Translations under genes and position numbers: made by a program
Notes under the pieces: generated by a model
Databases searched by the model: none
Seen by the model: only the letters and a program-made list of their open reading frames with translations
What the model was told of the DNA's origin: nothing
In this document: piece by piece, positions 9,669 through 19,030 of the stretch
Position numbering within the stretch: the first letter of the stretch is position 1
Layout of the letters: the number at the start of each line of letters is the position of its first letter
Assembly: GCA_041497675.1 (NCBI GenBank)
Contig: JBGQGY010000008.1
Span: 1-59,117, forward strand
Direction of reading: 5' to 3'
Source of the DNA: a bacterium
GTDB lineage: Bacteria; Sysuimicrobiota; Sysuimicrobiia; Sysuimicrobiales; Humicultoraceae
DNA length: 59,117 bases

Positions 9669-11552
9669 GTGCCAGCCGTCTCTGGAACAACCGAACTCCC
9701 GATGTTCCCGTCCGAGCGCCTGCGCGACAAGTTGGTCACGATGAACAACAAGAACGTGCAGGTGTACCAGGAACTGGTTGGGGCGTACCGGTTCGAGCGA
9801 TTCGTGCTCTCGCTCGACGTGGTCCCGCCGGACCCGCTCGTCGCACCCGCGCAAGCACGGGTGCGGATCGACCAGGCTGAAGCGCAGCTACCGCCGGCGC
9901 TGTGGGCGTCGCCCGCCGGGCGCCTGGCACTGCAGGACTTCCTGGCCCGCACGGTGCACGAGGCCATCCGCCGGCACGTGCGAACCCGTTGGTCGGGGCG
10001 GATCGCTCCGATGGCCATCGACGCGGGCGGGCAAGAGGTGTTGTTGCGGTCGAGTTGTCTGATCGCTGAGGACTCCGTCGAAGTGCGAATCGCGATCGGC
10101 CTCCCCGCCGAGAATCGCAAGGTGCAGGCGAAGCTCGTGCAGGCGTTGCTCTTTGAGGAACTACCCGCGGTCGTCAACGCCGGGCTCGTCTGGACGAATC
10201 TGGAGGGCGATGCCGGCCACCGCCACGTCGCGGCGGCCGAAGACTACGTCGCCATCCGCGATGCCCTCCCCACACACGGCCTGGTCGCCTTTCTCGCCGA
10301 CGGCGCGGTAGTGGCGCGTGAGCCCGGCCCATCTGACGGACCCCTCCACGGCCGCGTCGTCCCGCTGCAGGCACCCGAGGATCTTGCGGTGACCCTCCCG
10401 CTGCCGCACGCGGGATCCGTTCGGGGGCTGGCGATCCGGCAGGGCGTGACCCTGATCGTTGGGGGTGGTTTCCAAGGGAAGACGACGTTGCTCCGCGCGA
10501 TCGGCCGCGGCGTGTATCCGCACATCGCGGGCGACGGTCGTGAACTGGTGGTGACCGTTCCGGATGCGGTCACGATTCGAGCCGAGCCCGGCCGGCGTAT
10601 CGAGCGCGTCGACGTCAGCGCGTTCGTGCGTGAGATCCCGACCCGCTTCGATATGACCGGGCTCTCCCTGGAGCACGCGACCGGGCCGGTGTCGATGGCC
10701 GCAGCGATCGCCGAAGCACTCGAAGTCGGGACACGACTGCTCATTTTCGACGAAGATGACGCCGCGGTCGCCTTTCTGGCCCGCGACGCGGTGCTGCAAC
10801 AACTGGTGCCGGCGTCCCACGAGCCGCTGACGCGCTTGCTCGACGTCGTGCGCGCGCTGTGGGAGATCCACGGTGTCTCGTCGGTGATCGCCACGAGCGG
10901 GCTCGGCGACTATGTGGATGTCGCCGATACCATTATTGTTCTCGAGGGGTATCAACCGGTGTCCGCGACCGCCCGCGCCCGCAGCCTGATCGCCGCGCGA
11001 GCCGACCGGCGCGCGCCCGAAGGCCATCCCTTCGCGTCTCCCGGTCCCCGGTGTCCGCAGCCACGCGGCTTCGGGGGATTGCGTGGCCGGCGGGCGTGGG
11101 CCGAAGTCCGAGGACGGGGATCGCTCAACATCGGGCGGGAGACGGTCGAGTGGGACGCGTTCGTGCAAATGGTGGACGCGAACCAGGCCAGGGCAGCCGG
11201 TGACGCCATCCTCTACGCCGTGGAGAAGGGCTACGTCGACGGCACCGCTACGATCACCGAGGCGCTCGACCGCGTCTTTGCTGATCTCGATGCGTCGGGG
11301 GTGGCCGTCCTGGCACAGCATGCGGGCCAGCCGGCAGACTATGCGCTGCCGCGACGCCACGAAGTGGCCGCCATCATGAACCGGATGCGGTCGTTCCAGG
11401 CCAGGCCCCGACGGGCTGGTGCGCCGCTTCCGACAGATGAGCCGGCGACGCAGGATTCCGAGACGCAGGAACCGGGGCCCATTGCGCCTGAGAACGTTTC
11501 ATTGGAAGGCGGAGAGCCGGCCGCAGCCGAACCTCAAGATCCAGTGAGCTAG
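9669..11552 (+). CDS. ABC-ATPase domain protein (COG3044/PF09818-like P-loop ATPase)
   Basis: Walker A GGGFQGKTT, GVYPHIAGDGRE, IRAEPGR, Walker B LLIFDED, PRRHEVAAIMNR; start moved to GTG 9669 after a GAGGTG SD. Confidence 0.82.
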   Translation: MPAVSGTTELPMFPSERLRDKLVTMNNKNVQVYQELVGAYRFERFVLSLDVVPPDPLVAPAQARVRIDQAEAQLPPALWASPAGRLALQDFLARTVHEAIRRHVRTRWSGRIAPMAIDAGGQEVLLRSSCLIAEDSVEVRIAIGLPAENRKVQAKLVQALLFEELPAVVNAGLVWTNLEGDAGHRHVAAAEDYVAIRDALPTHGLVAFLADGAVVAREPGPSDGPLHGRVVPLQAPEDLAVTLPLPHAGSVRGLAIRQGVTLIVGGGFQGKTTLLRAIGRGVYPHIAGDGRELVVTVPDAVTIRAEPGRRIERVDVSAFVREIPTRFDMTGLSLEHATGPVSMAAAIAEALEVGTRLLIFDEDDAAVAFLARDAVLQQLVPASHEPLTRLLDVVRALWEIHGVSSVIATSGLGDYVDVADTIIVLEGYQPVSATARARSLIAARADRRAPEGHPFASPGPRCPQPRGFGGLRGRRAWAEVRGRGSLNIGRETVEWDAFVQMVDANQARAAGDAILYAVEKGYVDGTATITEALDRVFADLDASGVAVLAQHAGQPADYALPRRHEVAAIMNRMRSFQARPRRAGAPLPTDEPATQDSETQEPGPIAPENVSLEGGEPAAAEPQDPVS

Positions 11553-11564
11553 AGGGGGTGCGGA

Positions 11565-12923
11565 GTGGACGCAACCAAGATCCTGCTCGGCGAGAACGAC
11601 ATCCCAAAGTCCTGGTACAATATCGCCGCCGATCTGCCGGTTCCTATGGCGCCGGTCCTCCATCCCGGGACCAAGCAGCCAATCGGCCCCGCCGACCTGG
11701 CGCCGCTGTTCCCGATGGCGCTCATCATGCAGGAGGTCAGCACCGAGCGTCACATCGAGATCCCCGAGCCGGTGCGCGACATCTACCGTCTGTGGCGCCC
11801 GACACCGTTGTATCGGGCCCGGCGTCTCGAGAAGGCGCTCGATACCCCCGCGCACATCTACTACAAGTATGAAGGGACCAGTCCAGCCGGCAGCCACAAA
11901 CCCAACACGGCGGTGGCGCAGGCGTTCTACAACAAGCAAGAAGGGGTGCGCCGCCTGACCACCGAGACGGGGGCGGGGCAGTGGGGGAGCGCGCTCGCGC
12001 TCGCCTGCCGGTTCTTCGACCTGATCTGCACCGTTTATATGGTGAAGGTCTCGTACGAGCAAAAGCCCTACCGCAAGGTGATGATGCAGACCTGGGGCGC
12101 TGAGGTGTTGCCCAGTCCCTCGGACCGCACCAACGCCGGCCGTGCCATCCGCCAGAAACATCCCGACTCGCCGGGCAGCCTCGGCATCGCGATCAGCGAG
12201 GCGGTCGAGGACGCCGCCACCCACGACGACGCCAAGTACTCGTTGGGCAGCGTGCTGAACCACGTGCTGATGCACCAGTCGGTTGTCGGGCTCGAGGCCA
12301 GGAAGCAGATGGAGATGGCCGGCGAGGCACCGGACGTCGTGATCGGCTGCGTCGGCGGCGGCAGCAACTTCGCGGGTCTGGCGTTTCCCTTCATGCCCGA
12401 GAAGTTCAAGGGGCGCAATGTGCGCTTCGTGGCGGTCGAACCCGAGGCGTGCCCGTCGTTGACCCGCGGCCAGTACCTGTACGACTTTGGCGATACGGCC
12501 GCGACGACGCCCCTCGTCAAGATGTACACGCTTGGGCACAATTTCATCCCGGCGCCGATTCACGCGGGTGGGTTGCGCTATCATGGCGACGCGCCGCTGC
12601 TCTGCCTGCTCTATCATCACAAATACATCGAAGCGGTGGCCTACCAGCAGCGAACGGTCTTCGACGCCGCGATGCAGTTTGCGCGTACGGAGGGCATCCT
12701 GCCGGCGCCCGAGGCGGCCCACGCGATCCGCAAGGCGATCGATGAGGCGTTGGAAGCCAAGAAGGAAGGCCGCGCGCGGACGATCCTGTTTGGGCTGTCA
12801 GGCCACGGTCACTTCGACCTGGGCGCGTACGAGGCGTACATGGCCGGCCGGCTGGAAGACTTCGCCTATCCCGAAGAGGCGATCAAAGACGCGATGCGAG
12901 AACTAGCGGCGATCCAGCCCTAG
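11565..12923 (+). CDS. trpB2: Tryptophan synthase beta chain, TrpB2 type
   Basis: [14 protein letters not shown]-terminus, PLP lysine in [41 protein letters not shown]; no adjacent trpA. Confidence 0.93.
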   Translation: MDATKILLGENDIPKSWYNIAADLPVPMAPVLHPGTKQPIGPADLAPLFPMALIMQEVSTERHIEIPEPVRDIYRLWRPTPLYRARRLEKALDTPAHIYYKYEGTSPAGSHKPNTAVAQAFYNKQEGVRRLTTETGAGQWGSALALACRFFDLICTVYMVKVSYEQKPYRKVMMQTWGAEVLPSPSDRTNAGRAIRQKHPDSPGSLGIAISEAVEDAATHDDAKYSLGSVLNHVLMHQSVVGLEARKQMEMAGEAPDVVIGCVGGGSNFAGLAFPFMPEKFKGRNVRFVAVEPEACPSLTRGQYLYDFGDTAATTPLVKMYTLGHNFIPAPIHAGGLRYHGDAPLLCLLYHHKYIEAVAYQQRTVFDAAMQFARTEGILPAPEAAHAIRKAIDEALEAKKEGRARTILFGLSGHGHFDLGAYEAYMAGRLEDFAYPEEAIKDAMRELAAIQP

Positions 12924-13492
12924 CAGGGCGGCTCGATCGCGATAGCCGTGTTGAAGTCCCAGTAGTCGATCACAACGGTGCCTTCCTGGGCCGCGTTTTC
13001 GACCCGCCGCGGGTAGCCGGTCTGGGTGGCCACGTACATCTTCTGCCGGATCGTCTTGCCTTTGGCGGTGATCACCGCGTTGTACGTCTGGGTCGGCGTG
13101 CCCTCAACCGCTTCAGCGGCGCCCTTTGCTACCTCGAACGTCGCGTCGGCGCCTTGCTCGACGGCCTCCCGGGGATCCGGCAATGGCATCTTCTGCGGCA
13201 ATTTGACGCAGCGTGACGGAGCGCGAGACCACATGGTTTCACCGATGATGATGAACTCTCCGCCCGTGAAAATGATCCGCCTCCGATCTGGGGCCACGTA
13301 CTCGATGGTCATCGCGCCCTGCGCGGCGGTCATCTTCGAGCGAAAGGTGCGGGCCGATCCGAACTTCTCCTGGGCGCTACGGTATTCGGCCACAGCCTGG
13401 GGGTCGCCTTGCATTAATCCCCCCGGTCCTGCCACCGCGACAATGGGCACGACCAGCGCGACAGCGAGCAACACGGCGCAGATCCGGAGCAT
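12920..13492 (-). CDS. Exported protein, probable LolA/LppX-like beta-sheet fold
   Basis: Signal peptide ([21 protein letters not shown]), [47 protein letters not shown] pattern typical of LolA-superfamily carriers; start ATG 13492. Confidence 0.6.
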   Translation of the reverse strand: MLRICAVLLAVALVVPIVAVAGPGGLMQGDPQAVAEYRSAQEKFGSARTFRSKMTAAQGAMTIEYVAPDRRRIIFTGGEFIIIGETMWSRAPSRCVKLPQKMPLPDPREAVEQGADATFEVAKGAAEAVEGTPTQTYNAVITAKGKTIRQKMYVATQTGYPRRVENAAQEGTVVIDYWDFNTAIAIEPPC

Positions 13493-13549
13493 AAGGCACA
13501 CCACCCGTCGTCCAGACATCCAGCGATCACATCCACCGGTCGCAGGAGA

Positions 13550-13575
13550 TTTCGGGCAGCGGGCGGGGAATACCT
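13550..13575 (-). promoter_or_regulatory. Possible Spo0H-like promoter AGGT-N18-GAAA for the LolA-like gene
   Basis: The minus strand reads gAGGTattccccgcccgctgcccGAAAt about 60 nt upstream of the ATG; the spacer is 1 nt longer than in the other copies. Confidence 0.3.
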
Positions 13576-13730
13576 CCGATTGTTGGCGCGGCCCCCGAGG
13601 GGGCGCCGGACTACCCGGCGCCGCGGTTCGCGCCCCGACCGCCCCCTCTGTCCGGACCGCAGGCTCAATATGCAACGGCACTCTCTCGCCATTCTCACGA
13701 GAGGCTTGTCGGGCTTGAAAGGCGTGCGGG

Positions 13731-14462
13731 CTAGGGGAGCCGGTGTGACTCGGCGGCCGGCGCCACGTGGGCCGCGGCATGGCCGCCTGGTCGCTCGAGG
13801 GTGTGCACGTGGACCCGACGCGCGATGTCACGGCCCAGAGCGCGCATCTGGCCGCGCACCATTAACGTGATCGGTCCGTCGAGTGGGGCCACTTCGCGAA
13901 CCTGCACTTCCACGCCCGGCGTCAGGCCGACCGCCACCAGGTGCGCAACGATTGCTTGATCCTCTTCCGGGATGCTGGCCACGGCGGCGCGGTCCCAGAC
14001 GTCCAGCCGATCGAGCGTGATGACGGATGCGACAGGGGCCGGCTTCTCGCCAGGAATCGGAAATCCGTGCGGGCAGGTCGCCGGATGCCCGAGCACCTCC
14101 GCCAGGCGGGCCTCGACCTGCGGGCTGATCACATGCTCCATCTTGCACGCCTCGGCGTACACCGCGGGCAGCTCAAGGTGCAGCACGTCGGTCAGCAGCC
14201 GCTCGGCCAGACGCAGGCGGCGTACGACTCGCTCGGCGGTCTGCAGGCCCAGGGGCGTCAAGCGATAGCCCTGCTCGGTACCGGACCGCAGCAGCCCCTG
14301 CGCCTCCAAGCGCTTGAGCATTTCGTACGACGACGGCGACGATACACCCATGGAGTCGGCGACCTTCGCGATGGTGACCGGTGAGGCGGCCTGCGACAGC
14401 GAGTACACGGCCTTCAGGTACATCTCGATGCGCTCGGTCTTCGCGATGTCGTGGACGGTCAT
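13731..14462 (-). CDS. DtxR/IdeR/MntR-family metal-dependent repressor with C-terminal FeoA domain
   Basis: EMYLKAVY, wHTH, RRLRLAERLL, EACKMEHVIS, CPHGFPIP, FeoA (VGLTPGVEV); start ATG 14462 overlaps the Fur stop (ATGA). Confidence 0.9.
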   Translation of the reverse strand: MTVHDIAKTERIEMYLKAVYSLSQAASPVTIAKVADSMGVSSPSSYEMLKRLEAQGLLRSGTEQGYRLTPLGLQTAERVVRRLRLAERLLTDVLHLELPAVYAEACKMEHVISPQVEARLAEVLGHPATCPHGFPIPGEKPAPVASVITLDRLDVWDRAAVASIPEEDQAIVAHLVAVGLTPGVEVQVREVAPLDGPITLMVRGQMRALGRDIARRVHVHTLERPGGHAAAHVAPAAESHRLP

Positions 14463-14878
14463 CGCCGGCACTCGCGGCACACGCCGCGAAAGATCACATC
14501 GACGCTCTGCACCCAAAAGCCCTGGCGCTGGTCGGGTGGAATGTTGATGGGGTCGACAATCGCGTGCACGTCTCGTACCGTGCCGCAGCGGGCGCACACA
14601 GCGTGATGGTGGGGCTGGGGGTTCGGATCGAACCGCGTGCTCCCGGTGCCCAGATCGAGTTGCTGGATCGCGCCCATCTCAACCAGTTCGTGGAGAATCG
14701 CGTACACGGTGCGCAGCGATAGCGTGTGCATCACCGACTGCGCCCGCCGGTGGAGCGCCTCGGCGGACGGGTGCTCGACGTTGCCGTCAAGCAGCCGGCA
14801 GATCAGGGCCCGCTGCGGGGTGAGGCGGCCGCGCGTCTGCCGCATCTGGCGTTCCAGGGCCGTCCGCGCTATCTGCAT
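14459..14878 (-). CDS. Fur-family regulator (PerR-like)
   Basis: RLTPQR, HPSAE, TVY, RFD, HHHAVCARCG, RDV and C-terminal CREC (two CxxC). Confidence 0.88.
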   Translation of the reverse strand: MQIARTALERQMRQTRGRLTPQRALICRLLDGNVEHPSAEALHRRAQSVMHTLSLRTVYAILHELVEMGAIQQLDLGTGSTRFDPNPQPHHHAVCARCGTVRDVHAIVDPINIPPDQRQGFWVQSVDVIFRGVCRECRR

Positions 14879-14973
14879 CTGGCACCTAACAACGATTGTC
14901 GCGCGACCACGGAACGGCGCAAGGGGACGGGTCTTTGGTTGAAGCGCTGCGGCATTTGTCCAGGCTACGCTCG

Positions 14974-15014
14974 TACAATTGGTTTCTCTAAACCCAACAA
15001 TAAGGATACCCTAA
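14974..15014 (+). promoter_or_regulatory. -10 element (TACAAT) followed by two DtxR-type operator-like sites
   Basis: TACAAT 14974-14979; ATTGG-tttc-TCTAA 14978-14991 and TAAGG-atac-CCTAA 15001-15014 resemble the TTAGG-N4-CCTAA DtxR-family core. Confidence 0.6.
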
Positions 15015-15056
15015 GGCATGAGGCACCGCAAGACCGACTGCTCAAGGAGGAAGATC

Positions 15057-16097
15057 GTGAACCGATTCACCAGACTCGGACTGCTGATCCTGTTCCTGCT
15101 TGTCGCCCTTCCGGCCGGCCTCGCGGCCGCACCACAGACCAGAGTCTTGAATCTCTACTCCGCCCGCCACTACGACACCGATGAGACGCTCTTCGACGGC
15201 TTCATGGCGAAGACGGGGATCAAAGTCAACCTCATCGAAGGCGGCGAGGATCAGCTCATCGAGCGGATGAAGGCCGAAGGGCGCAACAGCCCCGCCGATG
15301 TCTTGATCACGGTAGATGCGGGGCGGTTGTGGCGGGCAGAGGAGGCCGGGTTGTTCCAGAAGATCAGCTCGCCGGTCCTGAACACGCGTTTGCCCGCCAG
15401 CCTGCGCGACCCCAACGGGTACTGGTACGGTTTTGCGATGCGCGTGCGGGTCATCGCGTATGCGCGGAACCGGATCAACCCGGCGCAGCTCTCCACCTAC
15501 GAGGATCTTGCCGACCCCAAGTGGCGGGGCAAGCTGCTCGTGCGTAGTTCGAGCCACGTCTACAACCAGTCGCTGGTCGGGGCGCTGATCGCCGTCCACG
15601 GCGGAGCCCGCGTCGATCAATGGGCCCGCGGCATCGTCGCGAACTTTGCGCGCCAGCCGCAAGGCGGCGATTCCGACCAGATCAAAGGCGTCGCGGCGGG
15701 CGAAGGCGATCTGGCCGTGATCAATCACTACTACTACGCGCGGCTTCTCAACTCTTCACGCGCGGACGAGCGCGGGATTGCCGAGAAGGTAGGTCTGTTC
15801 TACCCGAATCAGGGCCCGGGTCAGCGCGGTGTCCACGTCAACATCAGCGGTGGGGGCGTGGTGGCGACAGCACCGAACCGCGAGTCCGCGATCGCGTTTC
15901 TCGAGTACCTCGCCTCCGACGACGCGCAGCGCCTCTTTGCGCGGGGCTCGTTCGAGTACCCTGCGGTGGCCAGCGTCCCGAAAGATCCTTCCATCCTCGG
16001 GCTGCGCGCGTTTAGGGCCGACCCGCTCAACGCCCGCACCTACGGGGCGAACAATCAACAGGCGTTGCAGTTGATGCTGCGCGCTGGATGGCGCTAG
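15057..16097 (+). CDS. fbpA: Fe3+ ABC transporter substrate-binding protein (FutA/FbpA)
   Basis: Signal peptide, NLYSARHY, SPADVLITVDAGRL, GGDSDQI, NHYYY iron-ligand tyrosines; start GTG 15057 after AAGGAGG. Confidence 0.92.
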   Translation: MNRFTRLGLLILFLLVALPAGLAAAPQTRVLNLYSARHYDTDETLFDGFMAKTGIKVNLIEGGEDQLIERMKAEGRNSPADVLITVDAGRLWRAEEAGLFQKISSPVLNTRLPASLRDPNGYWYGFAMRVRVIAYARNRINPAQLSTYEDLADPKWRGKLLVRSSSHVYNQSLVGALIAVHGGARVDQWARGIVANFARQPQGGDSDQIKGVAAGEGDLAVINHYYYARLLNSSRADERGIAEKVGLFYPNQGPGQRGVHVNISGGGVVATAPNRESAIAFLEYLASDDAQRLFARGSFEYPAVASVPKDPSILGLRAFRADPLNARTYGANNQQALQLMLRAGWR

Positions 16098-17827
16098 GGT
16101 CGACGCTGGAACCACTGCGGGGCGCTCGGGCGGCGCGCACGTGGGTGCTCCCCGCCGCCGGGCTGGTGCTGACCGCGGCACTCGCGACGCCTATCCTGGT
16201 CGTCCTGGCCAGTGTGTTCGTCCCCACCGAAGGCGCCTGGGCGCGCCTGGCGGCCCTGACGCTGCCGAGCTACATCGCGAACACGGTGTGGTTGCTGCTG
16301 GGCGTGGGAGCCGGAGTCCTGATAGTCGGTGTTGGGACGGCCTGGATCATCACCATGTACAGGTTTCCCGGCAGCCGCATGTGCGAGTGGATCTTGCTGC
16401 TGCCCATGGCCGTACCCGCGTACCTGCTCGCCTACACGTACGCTGATCTCCTGCAGTTTACCGGACCGGTGCAGACCGCGTTGCGGGCGTGGTTCGGCTG
16501 GAGTCGAGGGGACTACTGGTTTCCCGAGATTCGATCGCCGGGCGGCGCCGTCGCGGTAATGGTCTTTGTGCTCTATCCGTACGTCTACATGCTGGCGCGC
16601 GCCGCCTTCCTCGAACAGTCGGCGTCGGTGCTGGAAGCGAGCCGGACCCTGGGGCAGGGGGCATGGCGGACGTTTCTCGGCGTCGCGCTGCCGCTCGCGC
16701 GGCCCGGCATCGTGGCGGGGCTGACGCTGGTGTTTATGGAGGTGCTCGCCGACTTCGGCACGGTGAAGCACTTTGAAGTCGCGACGTTCACCACAGGGAT
16801 CTATCTCACGTGGTTTGGGCTCGGATCGCCGGTTGGAGCCGCGAAACTCGCCGCCGGTCTGCTCGCGGTCGTGCTGCTCATCCTGGGTCTCGAACAACGC
16901 CTGCGTGGCGGAAGGCGGTTCCATCAAACGTCTGCTCGCCCGGTGACGCCGGCCGCACAACGGTTGGGCGGCGTCCGTGGGGTCGGCGCCCTGGCCGCCT
17001 GCCTGCTGCCGCCGGTCGTCGGATTCTTCGTCCCAGGCGGGGTCCTGCTCCAGATGACGCTCGATAGTGGCGACACGGCGCTCGGACGCAGCTTTGGGCG
17101 GCTTGCGACGAACACGTTTGGTCTGGCCGCCGTCACGGCCGGTCTGGCGGTCGTCGCCGCCGCGCTCATCGCCTACGGGGTGCGGGTCGGGCGCGGACGT
17201 CTCACGCAGCTCGCGGCGCGTGTGGCGACCCTTGGGTACGCGGTGCCCGGATCGGTGATCGCCGTCGGGGTGATGCTGCCGTTTGGCTGGATCGACAACA
17301 CCGTTGACGGGTGGATGCGCGCGGCGTTTGGTCGGCCGACAGGACTGCTGCTGAGCGGCACCGTCGCGGCTCTGATATTCGGGTACCTCGTTCGATTCCT
17401 GGCGGTGTCCTTCAACGCCGTTGAGGCGGGGTTGTCCCGCATCAGGCCGAGCATGGAGGAAGTGGCGCAGACGCTCGGGCATGGGCCGGGCAGCACGCTC
17501 TGGCGTGTCCACGCGCCGATGATGAAGGGCAGTCTGCTGACGGCCGTCTTGCTGGTGTTCGTCGACACGCTGAAGGAGCTGCCGGCGACGCTGATCTTGC
17601 GGCCGTTCAACTTCGAGACGCTGGCGCTCCGCGTCTACCGCTTGGCTTCCGACGAACGGCTCGCCCAGGCGTCGACCGCGGCCCTGACCATCGTCGGCGT
17701 GGGCATCGTCCCTGTGATCGTCCTCAGCATGGCGATCGCCAGATCGCCCGCGATCACCAGATCGCACGCCGTTGCCCGCGCCCAGCCCGGCCGGGGGCAG
17801 GACGCGAGGGGGCCGCGCCGCCCTTGA
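16088..17827 (+). CDS. fbpB: Fe3+ ABC transporter permease (FutB/FbpB)
   Basis: Two EAA-like loops (LEASRTLG, MEEVAQTLG), LYPYVYMLAR, ADFGTV, KELPATLILRPFNFETLA. Confidence 0.92.
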   Translation: MALGSTLEPLRGARAARTWVLPAAGLVLTAALATPILVVLASVFVPTEGAWARLAALTLPSYIANTVWLLLGVGAGVLIVGVGTAWIITMYRFPGSRMCEWILLLPMAVPAYLLAYTYADLLQFTGPVQTALRAWFGWSRGDYWFPEIRSPGGAVAVMVFVLYPYVYMLARAAFLEQSASVLEASRTLGQGAWRTFLGVALPLARPGIVAGLTLVFMEVLADFGTVKHFEVATFTTGIYLTWFGLGSPVGAAKLAAGLLAVVLLILGLEQRLRGGRRFHQTSARPVTPAAQRLGGVRGVGALAACLLPPVVGFFVPGGVLLQMTLDSGDTALGRSFGRLATNTFGLAAVTAGLAVVAAALIAYGVRVGRGRLTQLAARVATLGYAVPGSVIAVGVMLPFGWIDNTVDGWMRAAFGRPTGLLLSGTVAALIFGYLVRFLAVSFNAVEAGLSRIRPSMEEVAQTLGHGPGSTLWRVHAPMMKGSLLTAVLLVFVDTLKELPATLILRPFNFETLALRVYRLASDERLAQASTAALTIVGVGIVPVIVLSMAIARSPAITRSHAVARAQPGRGQDARGPRRP

Positions 17828-17916
17828 GAGTGCCACGAGGCTCTGATACGCTGAGCGATGCTGCGGCGGGCTTCAGGTTCGAGGTCGGAGCACGCGCAGG
17901 GGAGGCTGGACGTCTG

Positions 17917-19020
17917 ATGGGACAGGCGGCTCCACGCCCGCCGGTCGTCGTACTGCGGGATGTCGTGCGCCGTTTTGATGGCGCCTCGTCACCCGCGGTC
18001 GACGGGCTGTCGCTCGCGGTCGATGAAGGCGAGATCCTGGTGCTGCTCGGACCCAGCGGCAGCGGCAAGACCACGGCGCTCCGCTTGGTGGCCGGATTCG
18101 AGCGGCCCGACGCCGGTGAGGTCTGGGTCGCCGGTCGGCAGGTCGCCGGCGGCGAGGCATGGGTGTCCCCAGAAGCCCGTGGCGTCGGGATGGTGTTTCA
18201 GGACTACGCGTTGTTTCCCCATCTGACGGCAGCCGAGAACGTCGCCTTTGGCCTGCACTGCTTTCACTGGTTCGAGCGCGGGCCTCGTACCCAGGATGCC
18301 CTCGATCTCGTCGGGATGCGCGAGTTCGCCGACCGCTATCCGCATGAGCTGTCTGGAGGACAGCAGCAGCGCGTGGCCTTGGCGCGCGCGCTCGCACCGC
18401 GCCCGTTTGCCGTGCTGCTCGATGAGCCCTTCTCAAACCTCGACGCGCATCTGCGCGCGTCGCTCCGCGACGATGTGCGGGCGATCCTAAAACAGACGGG
18501 TACCAGCGCAATCTTTGTCACGCACGATCAGCAGGAGGCGCTGCTGCTGGGCGACCGGGTGGCGGTGCTCAACCAGGGACGCCTAGAACAGGTTGACCCA
18601 CCCGAGCGCATCTTCCACGCGCCGCGCACGCGGTACGTCGCCGCCTTCTTCGGTCGGGTGGACTTCGTCCCCGCCACCGTCGATGCTGCGGGACTGGTCA
18701 CCGAGGTCGGCGTGGTCCGGCAGCCCGTCGCGCTGCCGGCGGGGACGGCGGTCGAAGTGCTGGTCCGTCCCGACGACGTGGCCATGACCGTCTCGGATCA
18801 CGGCCGGGGCGTCGTAAAGCAGCGTTTGTTCCAGGGCGGCGCGACGATCTACTGCGTGCAGCTGCCGTCCGGCCGCACAATCCACAGCCTCCAACCCCAC
18901 ACCACCCGCATCGACCCCGGCGCCCACGTGGCGGTCGCGATCGAGCCGGGCCACGCCCTGACCTGCTTCTGCGACGGCCGGGCCGTGGACAGCGAGGCGA
19001 ACGCAGCGGCACGACGATAG
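17917..19020 (+). CDS. fbpC: Fe3+ ABC transporter ATP-binding subunit (FutC/FbpC)
   Basis: GPSGSGKT, LSGGQQQR, LLDEPFSNLD, C-terminal TOBE-like domain; start ATG 17917 after GGAGG. Confidence 0.9.
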   Translation: MGQAAPRPPVVVLRDVVRRFDGASSPAVDGLSLAVDEGEILVLLGPSGSGKTTALRLVAGFERPDAGEVWVAGRQVAGGEAWVSPEARGVGMVFQDYALFPHLTAAENVAFGLHCFHWFERGPRTQDALDLVGMREFADRYPHELSGGQQQRVALARALAPRPFAVLLDEPFSNLDAHLRASLRDDVRAILKQTGTSAIFVTHDQQEALLLGDRVAVLNQGRLEQVDPPERIFHAPRTRYVAAFFGRVDFVPATVDAAGLVTEVGVVRQPVALPAGTAVEVLVRPDDVAMTVSDHGRGVVKQRLFQGGATIYCVQLPSGRTIHSLQPHTTRIDPGAHVAVAIEPGHALTCFCDGRAVDSEANAAARR

Positions 19021-19030
19021 GCGGATCCTC

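Noticed and set aside
13620..13655. T-box stem-I-like (CAGAGGG...GGCGCGA loop) or glycine-riboswitch-like (GGACAGAGGG) words on the minus strand
   Set aside because: No UGGNACC antiterminator bulge and no glycine aptamer core; the downstream gene is not amino-acid related. Kept only as an unassigned structured element.
16094..17836. 580-aa minus-strand ORF, and similar long antisense ORFs at 5246-7126, 25042-26844, 28742-30220, 45978-47237 and 49863-51332
   Set aside because: They mirror well-supported genes on the other strand, have low-information Arg/Gly/Ala-rich sequence and no motifs. Such shadow ORFs are expected in high-GC DNA.
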